Positions 24,601-39,600 of a DNA stretch of 64,000 bases are shown here, piece after piece. Position numbers and translations under genes: made by a program. The DNA comes from the human T2T-CHM13v2.0 reference genome, Homo sapiens. Positions within the stretch are counted from its first letter, which is position 1, and each line of letters opens with the position of its first letter. Location: NCBI RefSeq assembly GCF_009914755.1, contig NC_060933.1; one strand, written 5' to 3'. The notes beneath the pieces were generated by a model that saw only the letters and a program-made list of their open reading frames with translations, was not told the DNA's origin and ran no database searches.

Positions 24601-27600
24601 ATTCCATTCCATTCCATTCCACTCCATTCCAGTGCACTCGGGTTGATTCCATTCCATTCCATTCCATTCCATTCCATTCCGGAAGATTCCATTCCATTGC
24701 ATTCCATTCCATTCCATTCCCCTGCACTCGCGTTGATTCCATTCCATTCCATTCTATTCCATTCCATTCCCTTCCTTTCCGTTCCATTCCATTCCATTCC
24801 ATTCCATTCCGTTCCGTTCCGTTCTATTCCATTCCATTCCATTCTATTTGGGTTAATTCCATTCCATTCCATTCGATTGCAATCGAGTTGATTCTATTCC
24901 ATTCCATTCCATTCCATTCCATTCCATTCCATTCCTTTCCATTCCATTACGGATGATTCCATTCCATTGCATTCCATTCCATTCCATTCCCCTGTACTCG
25001 GGTTGACTCCATTCCATTCCATTCCAATCCATGCCATTCCACTCGTGTTGATTCCATTCTTTCCATTCCATTCAAGTTGAATCCATTCCATTGCATTCCA
25101 TTCCATTCCATTCCCCTGCAGTCTGGTTGATTCCATTCCATTCCATTCCATTCCATTCCTTTCCATTCCATTCCGTTCCGTTCCGTTCCATTCCATTCCA
25201 TTCCATTCTATTCGGGTTAATTCCATTCCATTCCATTCCATTCCATTCCAATCGAGTTGATTCCACTCCATTCCATTCCATTCCATTCCACTCCATTCCA
25301 GTCCTTTCCATTCCATTCCACTCGGGTGGATTCCAATGTATTCCTTTCCATTCCATTACATTCCATTGCAATCGAGTTGATTCCATTGCTTTGCATTCCA
25401 TTCCATTCCATTCCATTCCGGAGGACTCCATTCCATTGCATTCCATTCCATTGCATTCCCCTGCACTCGGGTTGATTCCATGCCATTCCACTCCATTCCG
25501 TTGCATTCCATTCCATTCCATTGTATTCGGGTTAATTCCATTCCATTCCATTCCATTCCATTCCATTCCATTACAATCGAGTTGATTCCATTCCATTCCA
25601 TTCCATTCCATTCCAGTCCTTTCCATTCCATTCCACTCGGGTTGATTCCATTCTATTAGTTTCCATTCCATTCCGTTCCCTTCCATTCCACTCTGGTTGA
25701 TTCCATTCCTTTCCATTCCCCTCGAATACATTCCCTCCTATTCCACTCGGAACGATTCCATTCCATTCCATTCCATTCCATTCCATTCCATTTCGTTCCA
25801 TTACATTCTATTCCGTATCATTCCATTCCATTCCATTCCATTCCATTCCATTCCACTCGTGTTGATTCCATTCCTTTCCATTCCATTCGGATTGAAGGCA
25901 TTCCATTCCATTCCATTCCATTCCATTCCATTCCATTCCATTCCATTGTACTCGGGTTGATTCCATTCCATTGCATTCCATCCCATTCCATTCCATTCCA
26001 ATCCGTTCCATTCCATTCCATTACATTCGGATTGATTCTATTCAACTCCCTTACTCTCCATTACATTCCATTCCATTCGGGTTGTTCCATTCCATTCCAT
26101 TCCATTCCACTCCATTCCATTGCACTCGGGTTGATTCCATTCCTTTCCATTCCATTCCATTCCATTCCGGATGATTCCATTCCATTGCATTCCGTTGCAT
26201 TACATTCCCCTGCACTCGCGTTGATTCCATTCCATTCCATTCCATTCCATTCCATTCCATTCCATGCCATTACAATTCGTTCCATTCCATTCTATTCCGT
26301 ACCATTCCATTCCATTCCATACCATTCCATTCCATTCCATTCCATTCCATTCCATTCCATTTCGTTCCATTCCGTTCCATTCCATTCCATTCCATTCTAT
26401 TCGGGTTAATTCCATTCCATTCCATTCCATTCCATTCCATTCCATTCCATTCCATTCCAATCTATTCCATTCCATTGCAATCGAGTTGAATCCATTGCAT
26501 TTCATTCCATTCCATTCCATTCCATTCCATTGCAATCGAGTTGAATCCATTGCATTTCATTCCATTCCATTCCATTCCATTCCATTCCGGAAGATTCCAT
26601 TCCATTGCATTCCATTCCATTCCATTCCCCTGCACTCGCGTTGATTCCATTCCATTCCATTCCATTCCATTCCGTTCCGTTCCGTTCCGTTCCATTTCAT
26701 TCCATTCCATTCCATTCCATTCCGTTCCGTTCCATTCCATTCCATTCCATTCTATTCGGGGTAATTCCATTCCATTCCATTCGATTGAAATCGAGTTGAT
26801 TCCATTCCATTCCATTCCATTCCATTCCATTCCATTCCATTCCATTCCATTCCGTTCCGTTCCGTTCCGTTCCGTTCCATTCCATTCCATTCCATTCTAT
26901 TCGGGTTAATTCCATTCCATTCCATTCGATTGCAATCGAGTTGATTCCATTCCATTCCATTCCATTCCATTCCATTCCATTCCATTCCAATCGAGTTGAT
27001 TCCATTCCATTCCATTCCATTCCATTCCACTCCATTCCACTCCTTTCCATTCCATTCCACTCGGGTTGATTCCATTCTATTCCTTTCCATTCCATTCCAT
27101 TGCATTGCAATCGAGTTGATTCCGTTGCTTTGCCTTCCATTCCATTCCATTCCATTCCGGATGATTCCATTCCATTGCATTCCATTCCATTCCATTTCCC
27201 TGCACTAGGGTTGATTCCATTCCATTCCACTCCATTCCCTTCCATTCCATTCCATTCCATTGTATTCGGGTTAATTCCATTCCATGCCATTTCATTCCAT
27301 TCCATTCCATTCCATTCCATTCTATTACAATCGAGTTGATCATTCCATTCCATTCCATTCCATTCCTTTCCATTCCATTCCACTCGGGTTGATTCCATTC
27401 TATTAGTTTCCATTCCATTCCATTCCCTTCCATTCCACTCTGGTTGATTCCATTCCTTTCCATTCCACTCGAATACATTCCCTCCTATTCCACTCGGAAC
27501 GATTCCATTCCATTCCATTCCATTCCATTCCATTCCATTCCATTCCATTTCCTTCCATTCCATTCTATTCCGTACCATTCCATTCCATTCCATTCCTTTC

Positions 27601-30600
27601 CATTCCATTCCATTCCATTCCACTCTTGTTGATTCAATTCCTTTCCATTCCATTCGGTTTGAAGGCATTCCATTCCATTCAATTCCATTCCATTCCATTC
27701 CATTCCATTGTACTCGGGTTGATTCCATTCCATTGCATTCCATTCCATTCCATTCCATTCCATTCCATTCCGTTGCATTCCATTCCATTACATTCGGTCT
27801 GATTCTATTCAACTCTCTTACTCTCCATTCCATTCCATTCCATTCGGGTTGTTCCATTCCATTCCATTCCATTCCACTCCATTCCATTGCACTCGGGTTG
27901 ATTCCATTCCATTCCATTCCATACCATTCCATTCCATTCCATTCCGTTCCATTCCGTTCCATTCCGTTCCATTCCGTTCCATTCCATTCCGTTCCATTCC
28001 GTTCCATTCCATTCGGATTGATTCCATTCAATTCCCTTACACTCCATTACATTCCATTCCATTCGTGTAGTTTCCATTCCATTCCTCTCCATTCCATTGC
28101 ACTCGGGTTGATTCCATTCCATTCCATTCCATTCCGGAAGATTCCATTCCATTGCATTCCTTTACATTCCATTCCCCTGCACTCGCGTTGATTCCATTCC
28201 ATTCCATTCCATTCCATTGCGTTCCATTGCATTCCATTGCATTGCATTCCCCTGCACTCAGGTTGATTCCATTCCATTCCATTCCATTCCATTCCATTCC
28301 ATTCTATTCCATTCTATTCGCGTTAATTCCATTCCACTCCATTCCATTACATTCCATTGCAATGGACTTGATTCCATTCCATTCCATTCCATTCCATTCA
28401 AGTCCTTTCCATTCCATTCCACTCGTGTTGATTCCATTTTATTAGTCTGCATTCCATTCCATTCCCTTTCATTCCACTCTGGTTGATTCCATTCCTTTCC
28501 ATTCCACTCGAATTCATTCCCTTCTATTCCACTCGGAATGATTCCATTCCATTCCGTTCCATTCCATTCCATTCCATTCCATTTCGTTCCATTCCAATTT
28601 ATTCCGTACCATTCCATTCCATTCCATTCCATTCCATTCCATTCCATTCCACTCCATGCCATTCCACTCGGGTTGATTCCATTGCTTTCCATTCCATTTG
28701 GGTTGAATCCATTCCATTCCATTCCATTCCATTCCATTCCATTCCATTCCGTTCCATTCAATTGCACTAGGTTTGATTCCATTCCACTGCATTCCATTCC
28801 ATTCCATTCCATTCCATTCCATTCCGTTCCATTCCCCTGCACTCGGGTTCATTCCATTCCATTCAATTTACTTCCTTTCCATTCCATTCCATTCTATTAC
28901 ATTCTATTCGGATTAATTCCATTCCATTCCATTCCATTCCATTCCATTCCATTCCATTCCATTGCAATCGAGTTGACTCCATTCCATTCCATTCCATTCC
29001 GGATGATTCCATTCCATTGCCTTCAATTCCATTCCATTCCCCTGCACTCGGGTTGATTCCATTCCATTCCATTCCATTCCATTCCATTCCATTCCATTCC
29101 ATTTCATTCCGTTCCATTTCGTTCCATTCCATTCTATTCCGTACCATTCCATTCCATTCCATTCCATTCTATTCCATTCCATTCCATTCCATTCTATTCG
29201 GGTTAATTGCATTCCATTCCATTCCATTCCATTCCATTGCATTCCATTCCATTCTATTCCATTCCATTCCATTCCATTCCATTCCATTGCAATCGAGTTG
29301 ATTCCATTCCATTCCATTCAATTCTGGATGATTCCATTCCATTGCCTTCAATTCCATTCCATTCCCCTGCACTCGGGTTGATTCCATTCCATTCCATTCC
29401 ATTTCATTCCATTCCATTTCGTTCCATTCCATTCTATTCCGTACCATTCCATTCCATTCCATTCCATTCCATACCATTCCATTCCGTTCCATTCCATTCC
29501 ATTCCATTTCATTCCATTCCATTTCGTTCCATTCCATTTTATTCTGTACCATTCCATTCCATTCCATTCTATTCCATTCCATTCCATAGCATTCCATTCC
29601 ACTCCATTCCATGCCATTCCACTCGGGTTGATTCCTTTCCCTTCCATTCCATTCGAGTTGAATCCATTCCATTCCATTCCATTCCATTCCATTCCATTCC
29701 ATTCCATTGCACACGGGTTCATTCCATTCCATTCCATTCCATTCCATTCCATTCTATTCCATTCCATTTCGTTCCATTCCATTCTATTCTGTACCATTCC
29801 ATTCCATTCAATTCCACTCCATTCCATGCCATTCCACTCGGGTTTATTCCATTTCTTTTCATTCCATTCGGGTTGAATCCATTCAATTCCATTCCATTCC
29901 ATTCCTTTCGATTCCATTACATTGCATCTCGGGATGATTCCATTCCATTCCATTCCATCCTATTCCATTCCATTCCATGACACTCCACTCGGGTTGATTC
30001 CATTCCTTTCCATTCCATTCGAGTTGAACCCATTCCATTCCATTCCACTCCATTCCATTCCATTCCATTCCACTCCATTCCATTCCATTCCATTCCATTC
30101 CATTCCATTCCATTGCACACGATTTCATTCCACTCCATTCCATTCCATTCCATTCCATTCCATTCCATTTCGCTCCATTCCATTCTATTCCGTACCATTC
30201 CATTCCATTCCATTCCATTCCATTCCATTCCATTCCATGCCATTCTACTCGGGTTGATTCCATTCCTTTCCATTCCATTCGAGTTGAACCCATTCCATTC
30301 CATTCCATTCCATTCCATTCCATTCCATTCCATTGCACACGGGTTCATTTCATTCCATTCTATTCCATTCCATTCCATTCCATTTCGTTCCATTCCATTC
30401 TATTCCATACCATTCGATTCCATTCCATTCCATTAGACTCCATTCCATGCCATTCCACTCGGGTTTATTCCATTCCTTTCCATTCCATTCGGGTTGAATC
30501 CATTCCATTCCATTCCATTTCATTCCATTCGATTCCATTACGTTGCACTCGTGTTGTTTCCATTCCATTCCATTCCATTCCATTCCATTCCATTCCATGC

Positions 30601-33600
30601 CATTCCACTCGGGTTGATTCCATTCCATTCCATTCCATTCGAGTCGAACCCATTCCATTCCATTCCATTCCATTCCATTCCATTGCACACGGTTTCATTC
30701 CATTCCATTCTATTCCATTTCGTTCCATTCCATTCTATTCCGTACCATTCCATTCCATTCCATTCCATTCCACTCCATTTCATTCCATTCCATGCCATTC
30801 CACTCGGGTTTATTCCATTCCTTTCCATTCCATTCGGGTTGAATCCATTCCTTTCCATTCCATTCCGTTCAATTCCATTCCATTGCACTCGGGTTGATTC
30901 CATTCCAATCCATGCCATTCCATTTCATTCCGTTCCATTCCATTCCATTACATTCGGATTGATTCTTTTCAATTCCCTTACACTCCATTACATTCCATTC
31001 CATTCGGGTAGTTTCCATTCCATTCGATTCCATTACACTCCATTGCATTGCACTCGGGTTGATTGATTCCATTCCATTGCATTCCATTCCATTCAATTCC
31101 ATTCCGGATGATTCCATTCCATTGCATTCCATTCCATTCCATTCCCCTGCACTCGGGTTGATTCCATTCCATTCCATTCCATTCCATTCCGTTCCATTCC
31201 ATTCCATTCCATTCAATTCCATTCCATTCCATTCCATTCCATTCTGTTCAGGTTAATTCCATTCCATTCCATTCCCTTCCATTCCATTCCATTCCATTCC
31301 ATTCCATTCCATTTACTTCCATTCCATTCCATTCCATTCCATTCCATGCCATTCCACTCGCGTTGATTCCATTCCGTTCCATTCCATTAGAGTTGAATCC
31401 ATTCCATTGCATTCCATTCCATTCCATTCCATTCCATTGCACACGGGTTCATTCCATTCCATTCCATTCCATTCCCTTCCATTCCATTTCGTTACATTCC
31501 ATTCTATTCCGTACCATTCCATTCCATTCCATTCCACTCCATTCCATGCCATTCCACTCGGGTATATTCCATTCCTTTTAATTCCATTCGGGTTGAATCC
31601 ATTCCATTCCATTCCATTCCATTCCTTTCCATTCCATTGAAATCGAGTTGATTCCATTCCATTCCGTTCCATTCCATTCCATTCCATTCCATTCCGGATG
31701 ATTCCATTCCACTGCATTCCATTCCATTAAATTCCCCTGCACTTGGGGTGATTCCTTTCCATTCTATTCCATTCCATTCCATTCCATTCCATTCCATTCC
31801 ATTCCATTCCATTCCATTTCATTGCAATCGAGTTGATTCCATTGCATTCCATTCCATTCCATTTCATTGCAATCGAGTTGATTCCATTGCATTCCATTCC
31901 ATTCCATTCCATTCCATTCCATTCCATTCCATTCCATTCCATTCTATTCTCGTTAATTCCATTCCACTCCATTCCATTACATTCCATTGCAATCGACTTG
32001 ATTCCATTCCATTCCATTCCATTCCATTCAAGTCCTTTCCATTCCATTCCACTCGTGTTGATTCCATTTTATTAGTTTCCATTCCATTCCATTCCCTTCC
32101 ATTCCACTCTGGTTGATTCCATTCCTTTCCATTCCACTCGAATTCATTCCCTTCTATTCCACTCGGAATGATTCCATTCCATTCCGTTCCATTCCATTCC
32201 ATTCCATTCCATTTCGTTCCATTCCATTTTATTCCGTACCATTCCATTCCATTCCATTCCATTCCATTACATTACATTCCATTCCATTCCATGCCATTCC
32301 ACTCGGGTTGATTCCATTGCTTTCCATCCCATGTGGGTTGAATCGATTCCATTCCATTCCATTCCATTCCATTCCATTCCATTCCATTCCTTTCCATTCC
32401 ATTCCATTCCATTCCATTCAATTGCACTAGGTTTGATTCCATTCCACTGCATTCCATTCCATTCCATTCCATTCCATTCCATTCCATTCCATTCCATTCC
32501 ATTCCATTCCCCTGCACTCTGGTTCATTCCATTCCATTCCATTTACTTCCATTCCATTCCATTCCATTCCATTCCATGCCATTCCACTCGCGTTGATTCC
32601 ATTCCCTTCCATTCCATTAGAGTTGAATCCATTCCATTCCATTCCATTCCATTCCATTCCATTCCATTCCATTCCATTCCATTCCATTCCATTGCACACG
32701 GGTTCATTCCATTCCATTCCATTCCATTCCCTTACATTCCATTTCGTTACATTCCATTCTATTCCGTACCATTCCATTCCATTCCATTCCATTCCATTCC
32801 ATTCCACTCCATTCCATGCCATTCCACTCGGGTATATTCCATTCCTTTTAATTCCATTCGGGTTGAATCCATTCCATTCCATTCCATTCCATTCTATTCC
32901 ATTGCATTGCACTCGGGTTGATTCCATTCCATTCCATTCCATTACATTTCATTCCATTCCATTCCATTCCATTTCATTCAATTCCATTCCATTCCATGCC
33001 ATTCCACTCATGTTGATTCCATTCCTTTCCATTCCATTACATTTCATTCCATTCCATTCCATTCCATTTCATTCAATTCCATTCCATTCCATGCCATTCC
33101 ACTCGTGTTGATTCCATTCCTTTCCATTCAATTCGAGTTGAACCCATTCCATTCCATTCCATTCCATTCCATTCCATTCCATTCCATTGCACGCGGGTTC
33201 ATTCCATTCCATTCCGTTCCATTCCATTCCATTCCATTCCATTCCATTCCATTACATTCCATTTCGTTCCATTCCATTCTATTCCGTACGATTCCATTGC
33301 ATTCCATTCCATTCCATTCCTTTCCATTCCATTGAAATCGAGTTGATTCCATTCCATTCCGTTCCATTCCATTCCATTCCATTCCGGATGATTCCATTCC
33401 ACTGCATTCCATTCCATTAAATTCCCCTGCACTTGGGGTGATTCCTTTCCATTCTATTCCATTCCATTCCATTCCATTCCATTCCATTCCATTCCATTCC
33501 ATTTCATTGCAATCGAGTTGATTCCATTGCATTCCATTCCATTCCATTCCAGTCCTTTCCATTCCATTCCACTCGGGTTGATTCCATTCTATTCCTTTCC

Positions 33601-36600
33601 ATTCCATTCGATTCCATTCCATTCCACTCTGGTTGATACCATTCTTTTTCATTCCACTCGAAAACATTCCCTTCTATTCCACTCGGAATGATTCCATTCC
33701 ATTCCATTCCATTCCATTCCATTCCATTCCGTTTCGTTCCATTACATTCTATTCTGTAACATTCCACTCCATTCCATTCCATTCCATTCCATGCCATTCC
33801 TCTCGGGTTGATTCCATTCCTTTCCATTCTATTCGGGTTGAATCCATTCCATTCCATTCCTTTCCATTCCATTCCATTCCATTGCACTCGGGTTGATTCC
33901 ATTCCATTCCATTCCGTTCCATTCCGGATGACTCCATTCCATTGCATTCCATTCCATTCCATTCCCCTGCACTCGGTTTCATTACATTCCATTCCATTCA
34001 CTTCCATTCCATTCCATTCCATTCCATTCCATTCCATTTCAATCGAGTTGATTCCATTCCATTCCATTCCATTCCATTCCGAATGATTTCATTCCATTGC
34101 CTTCCATTCCATTCCATTCCCCTGCACTCGGGTTGTTTTCATTCCATTCCATTCCATTCCATTCCATTCCATTCCATTCCATTCCATTTCGTTCCATTCC
34201 ATTCTATTCCGTACCATTCCATTCCATTCCATTCCATTCCATTCCATTCCATTCCATTCCATTTCCTTCCATTCCATTCCATTCCATTCCGTTCCATTCC
34301 ATTTCCTTCCATTCCATTCCATTCCATTCCATTCCATTCCATTCCATTCCATTCTATTAGGGTTAATTCCATTCCATTCCATTCCATTCCATTCCATTCC
34401 ATGCCATTCCACTCGGGTTGATTCCATTCCTTTCCATTCCATTCGAGTTGAATCCATTCCATTCCATTCTATTCCATTCCATTCCTTTCCATTCCATTCA
34501 ATTCCATTCTATTCCGGTTAATTCCATTCCATTCCATTCCATTCCATTCCATTCCATTCCATTCCATTTCATTGCAATCGAGTTGATTCCATTGCATTCC
34601 ATTCCATTCCATTCCAGTCCTTTCCATTCCATTCCACTCGGGTTGATTCTATTCTATTCCTTTCCATTCCATTCGATTGCATTCCATTCCACTCGATTCC
34701 ATTCCATTCCACTCTGGTTGATTCCATTCCTTTTCATTCCACTCGAAAACATTCCCTTCTATTCCACTCGGAATGATTCCATTCCATTCCATTCCATTCC
34801 ATTCCATTTCGTTCCATTACATTCTATTCTGTACCATTCCACTCCATTCCATTCCATTCCATGCCATTCCTCTCGGGTTGATTCCATTCCTTTCCATTCC
34901 ATTCGGGTTGAGTCCATTCCATTCCATTCCTTTCCATTCCATTCCATTCCATTGCACTCGGGTTGATTCCATTCCATTCCATTCCGTTCCATTCCAGATG
35001 ACTCCATTCCATTGCATTCCATTCCATTCCATTCCCCTGCACTCGGTTTCATTACATTCCATTCCATTCACTTCCATTCCATTCCATTCCATTCCATTCC
35101 ATTCCATTCCATTCCATTTCAATCGAGTTGATTCCATTCCATTCCATTCCATTCCATTCAATTTCGAATGATGTCATTCCATTGCCTTCCATTCCATTCC
35201 ATTCCCCTGCACTCGGGTTGATTCCATTCCATTCCATTCCATTCCATTCCATTCCATTCCATTCCATTTCGTTCCATTCCATTCTATTCCGTACCATTCC
35301 ATTCCATTCCATTCCATTCCATTCCATTCCATTCCATTCCATTTCCTTCCATTCCATTCCATTCCATTCCATTCCATTCCATTCCATTCCATTCTATTAG
35401 GGTTAATTCCATTCCATTCCATTCCATTCCATTCCATTCCATGCCATTCCACTCGGGTTGATTCCATTCCTTTCCATTCCATTCGAGTTGAATCCATTCC
35501 ATTCCATTCCATTCCATTCCATTCCATTGCACACGGGTTCATTTCATTCCATTCCATTCCATTCCATTTCGTTCCATTCCATTCTATTCCATACCATTCC
35601 ATTCCATTCCATTCCATTAGACTCCATTCCATGCCATTCCACTCGGTTTTATTCCATTCGTTTCCATTCCATTCGGGTTGAATCCATTGCATTCCATTCC
35701 ATTCGATTCCATTACATTGCACTCGTGTTGTTTCCATTCCATTCCATTCCATTCCATTCCATTCCATTCCATTCCATGCCATTCCACTCGGTTTGATTTC
35801 ATTCCATTCCGTTCCATTCGAGTCGAACCCATTCCATTCCATTCCATTCCATTCCATTCCATTCCATTCCATTCCAATCCATTGCACACGGGTTCATTCC
35901 ATTCCATTCCATTCCATTCCATTCCATTTCGTTCCATTCCATTCTATTCGGTACCATTCCATTCCATTCCATTCGGTACCATTCCATTCCATTCCATTCC
36001 AATCCATTCCAATCCATGCCATTCCACTTGGGTTGATTCCCTTCCTTTCCATTCCATTCGGGTTGAATCCATTCCATTCCATTCCATTCCATTCCATTCC
36101 ATTCCATTCCATTCCTTTCAATTCCATTGCACACGGGTTGATTCCATTCCATTCCTTTCCGTTCCATTCCGGATGACTCCATTCTATTGCATTCCATTCC
36201 ATTCCATTCCCCTGCACTCGGGTTCATTACCTTCCATTCCATTTACTTCCATTCCATTCCATTCCATTCTATTCGGGTTAATTCCATTCCATTCCATTCC
36301 ATTCCATTCCATTCCATTCCATTCCATTCCATTGCAATCGAGTTGATTCCATTCCATTCCATTCAATTCCGGATGATTCCACTCCATTGCCTTCAATTCC
36401 ATTCCATTCCCCTGCACTCGGGTTGATTCCATTCCATTCCATTCCATTCCATTCCATTCCATTCCATTTCATTCCATTCCATTTCGTTCCTTTCCATTCT
36501 ATTCCGTACCATTCCATTCCATTCCATTCCATTCCATTCCATTCCATTCCATGCCATTCCACTCGGGTTGATTCCATTCCTTTCCATTCCATTCGAGTTG

Positions 36601-39600
36601 AATCCATTCCAATCCATTCCATTCCATTCGATTCCATTCCATTGCACACGGGTTCATTCCATTCCATTCCATTCCATTCCATTCCATTCCATTCCATTCC
36701 ATTTCGTTCCATTCCATTCTATTCCGTACCATTCCATTCCATACCATTCCATTCCATTCCATTCCACTCCATGCCATTCCACTCGGGTTTATTCCATTCC
36801 TTTCCATTCCATTCGGGTTGAATCCATTCCATTCCATTCCATTCCATTCGATTCCATTACATTGCACTCGGGTTGATTCCATTCCATTCCATTCCATTCC
36901 ATTCCACTCCATTCCATGCCATTCCACGCGGGTTTATTCCATTCCTTTCCATTCCATTCGTGTTGAATCCATTCCATTCCATTCCATTCCATTCGATTCC
37001 ATTACACTGCACTCGGGTTGATTCCATTCCATTCCATTCCATTCCATTTCATTCCATTCCATTCCATTCCATTCCATTCCATTCCATTCCATTCCATGCC
37101 ATTCCACTCGTGTTGATTCCATTCCTTTGCATTCCATTCGTGTTGAACCCATTCCATTCCATTCCATTCCATTGCACACGGGTTCATTCCATTCCATTCC
37201 ATTCCATTCCGTTGCATTCCGTTCCATTCCATTCCATTCCATTCCATTCCATTCCATTTCGTTCCATTCCATTCTATTCTGTACCATTCCATTCCATTCC
37301 ATTCCACTCCATTCCATGCCATTCCACTCGGGTTTATTCCATTCCTTTTCATTCCATTTGGGTTGAATCCATTCCATTCCATTCCATTCCTTTCGATTCC
37401 ATTATATTGCACACGGGTTGATTCCATTCCATTCCATTCCGTTCCATTCAGGATGACTCCATTCCATTGCATTCCATTCCATTCCATTCCCCTGCACTCG
37501 GGTTCATTACATTCCATTCCATTCCCATCCACTCCATTCCATTCCATTCCATTCCATTTCAATCGAGTTGATTCCATTCCATTCCATTCCATTCCATTCC
37601 ATTCCGGATGATTCCATTCCATTGCCTTCCATTCAATTGCATTCCCCTGCACCCGGGTTGATTCCATTCAATTCCATTCCATTCCATTCCGTTCCATTCC
37701 ATTCCATACCATTCCATTCCATTCCATTCCATTCTATTCGGGTTAATTCCATTCCATTCCTTTCAATTTCATTGCAATCGGGTTGATTACATTCCGTTCC
37801 ATTCCATTGCATTCCATTCCATTCCATTCCATTCCATTCCATTCCACTCGGGTTGATTCCATTCCTTTCCATTCCATTCGGGGTGAAGCCTTTCCATTCC
37901 ATTCCATTCCTTTCGATTCCATTCCATTGCACTCGGGTTGATCCCATTCCATTGCATTCCATTCCATTCCATTACATTCCATTCCATTCCATTCCGTTCC
38001 ATTCAATTCCATTACATTCGGATTGATTCTATTCAATTCCCTTACACTCCATCACATTCCATTCCATTCGGGTTGTTTCCATTCCATTCCATTCCATTCC
38101 ATTCCATTCCATTCCATTCCATTCCATTCCGTATGATTCCATTCCATTGCATTCTATTCCATTCCATTCCCCTGCAGTCGGGTGGATTCCATTCTATTCC
38201 ATTCCATTCCATTCCATTCCATTCCATTCCATTCCATTCCATTGAAATCGAGTTGATTCCATTCCATTCCATTCCATTCCATTCCATTCCATTCTATTCG
38301 GGTTAATTCCATTCCATTCCATTCCATTCCATTCCATTCCATTCCATTCCATTCCGGATGATTCCATTCCATTGCATTCCATTCCATTCCATTCCCCTGC
38401 ACTCAGATTTATTCCATTCCATCCCATTCCTTTCCATTCCATTCCATTCCATTCTATTCGCGTTAATTCCATTCCATTCCATTCCATTCCATTACTTTCC
38501 ATTGCAATCGAGTTGATTCCATTCCATTCCGTTCCATTCCATTCCATTCCATTCCATTTCGATCCATTCCATTCTATTCCGCACCATTCCATTCCATTCC
38601 ATTCCATTCCATTCCATTCCATGCCATTCCACTCGGGTTGATTCTATTGCTTTCCATTCCATTTGGGTTGAATCCAATCCATTCCATTGCATTCCATTCC
38701 ATTCCATTCCATTCCATTGCACTAGGTTTGATTCCATTCCACTGCATTCCATTCCATTCCATTCCGTTCCATTCCATTCCATTACATTCGGATTGATTGT
38801 ATTCAATTCCTTACACTCCGTTACATTCCATTCCATTCGGGTTGTTTCCATTCCGTTCCATTCCATTCCATTCCATTCCATTGCACTCAGGTTGATTGCA
38901 TTCCATTCCATTCCATTCTATTCCATTCCATTTCGTTCCATTCCATTCTATTCCGTACCATTCCATTCCATTCCATTCCATTCCATGCGATTCCACTCGG
39001 GTTTATTCCATTCCTTTCCATTCCATTCGGGTTGAATCCATTCCATTCCATTCCGTTCCATTCCATTCCATTCCATTCTGTTCAGGTTAATTCCATTCCA
39101 TTCCTTTCCCTTCCATTCCATTCCATTCCATTCCATTGCAATCGAGTTGTTTCCATTGCATTCCATTCCATTACATTCCATTGCATTCCATTCCATTCCA
39201 TTCCCCTGCACTCAGGTTGATTCCATTCGATTCCATTCCATTCCATTCCATTCCATTCCGTTCCATTCCATTCCATTCCATTCTATTCGCTTTAATTGCA
39301 TTCCATTCCATTCCATTGCATTCCATTGCAATCGAGTTGATTCCATTCCTTTCCGTTCCATTCCATTCCATTCCATTCCATTTCGTTCCATTCCATTCTA
39401 TTCCGTACCATTCCATTCCATTCCATTCCATTCCGTTCCATTCCATTCCATGCCATTCCACTCACGTTGATTCCATTGTTTTCCATTCCATTTGGGTTGA
39501 ATGCATTCCATTCCTTTCCATTACATTCCATTCCATTCCATTCCATTGCACTAGGTTTGATTCAATTCCACTGCATTCCATTCCATTCCATTCCATTCCG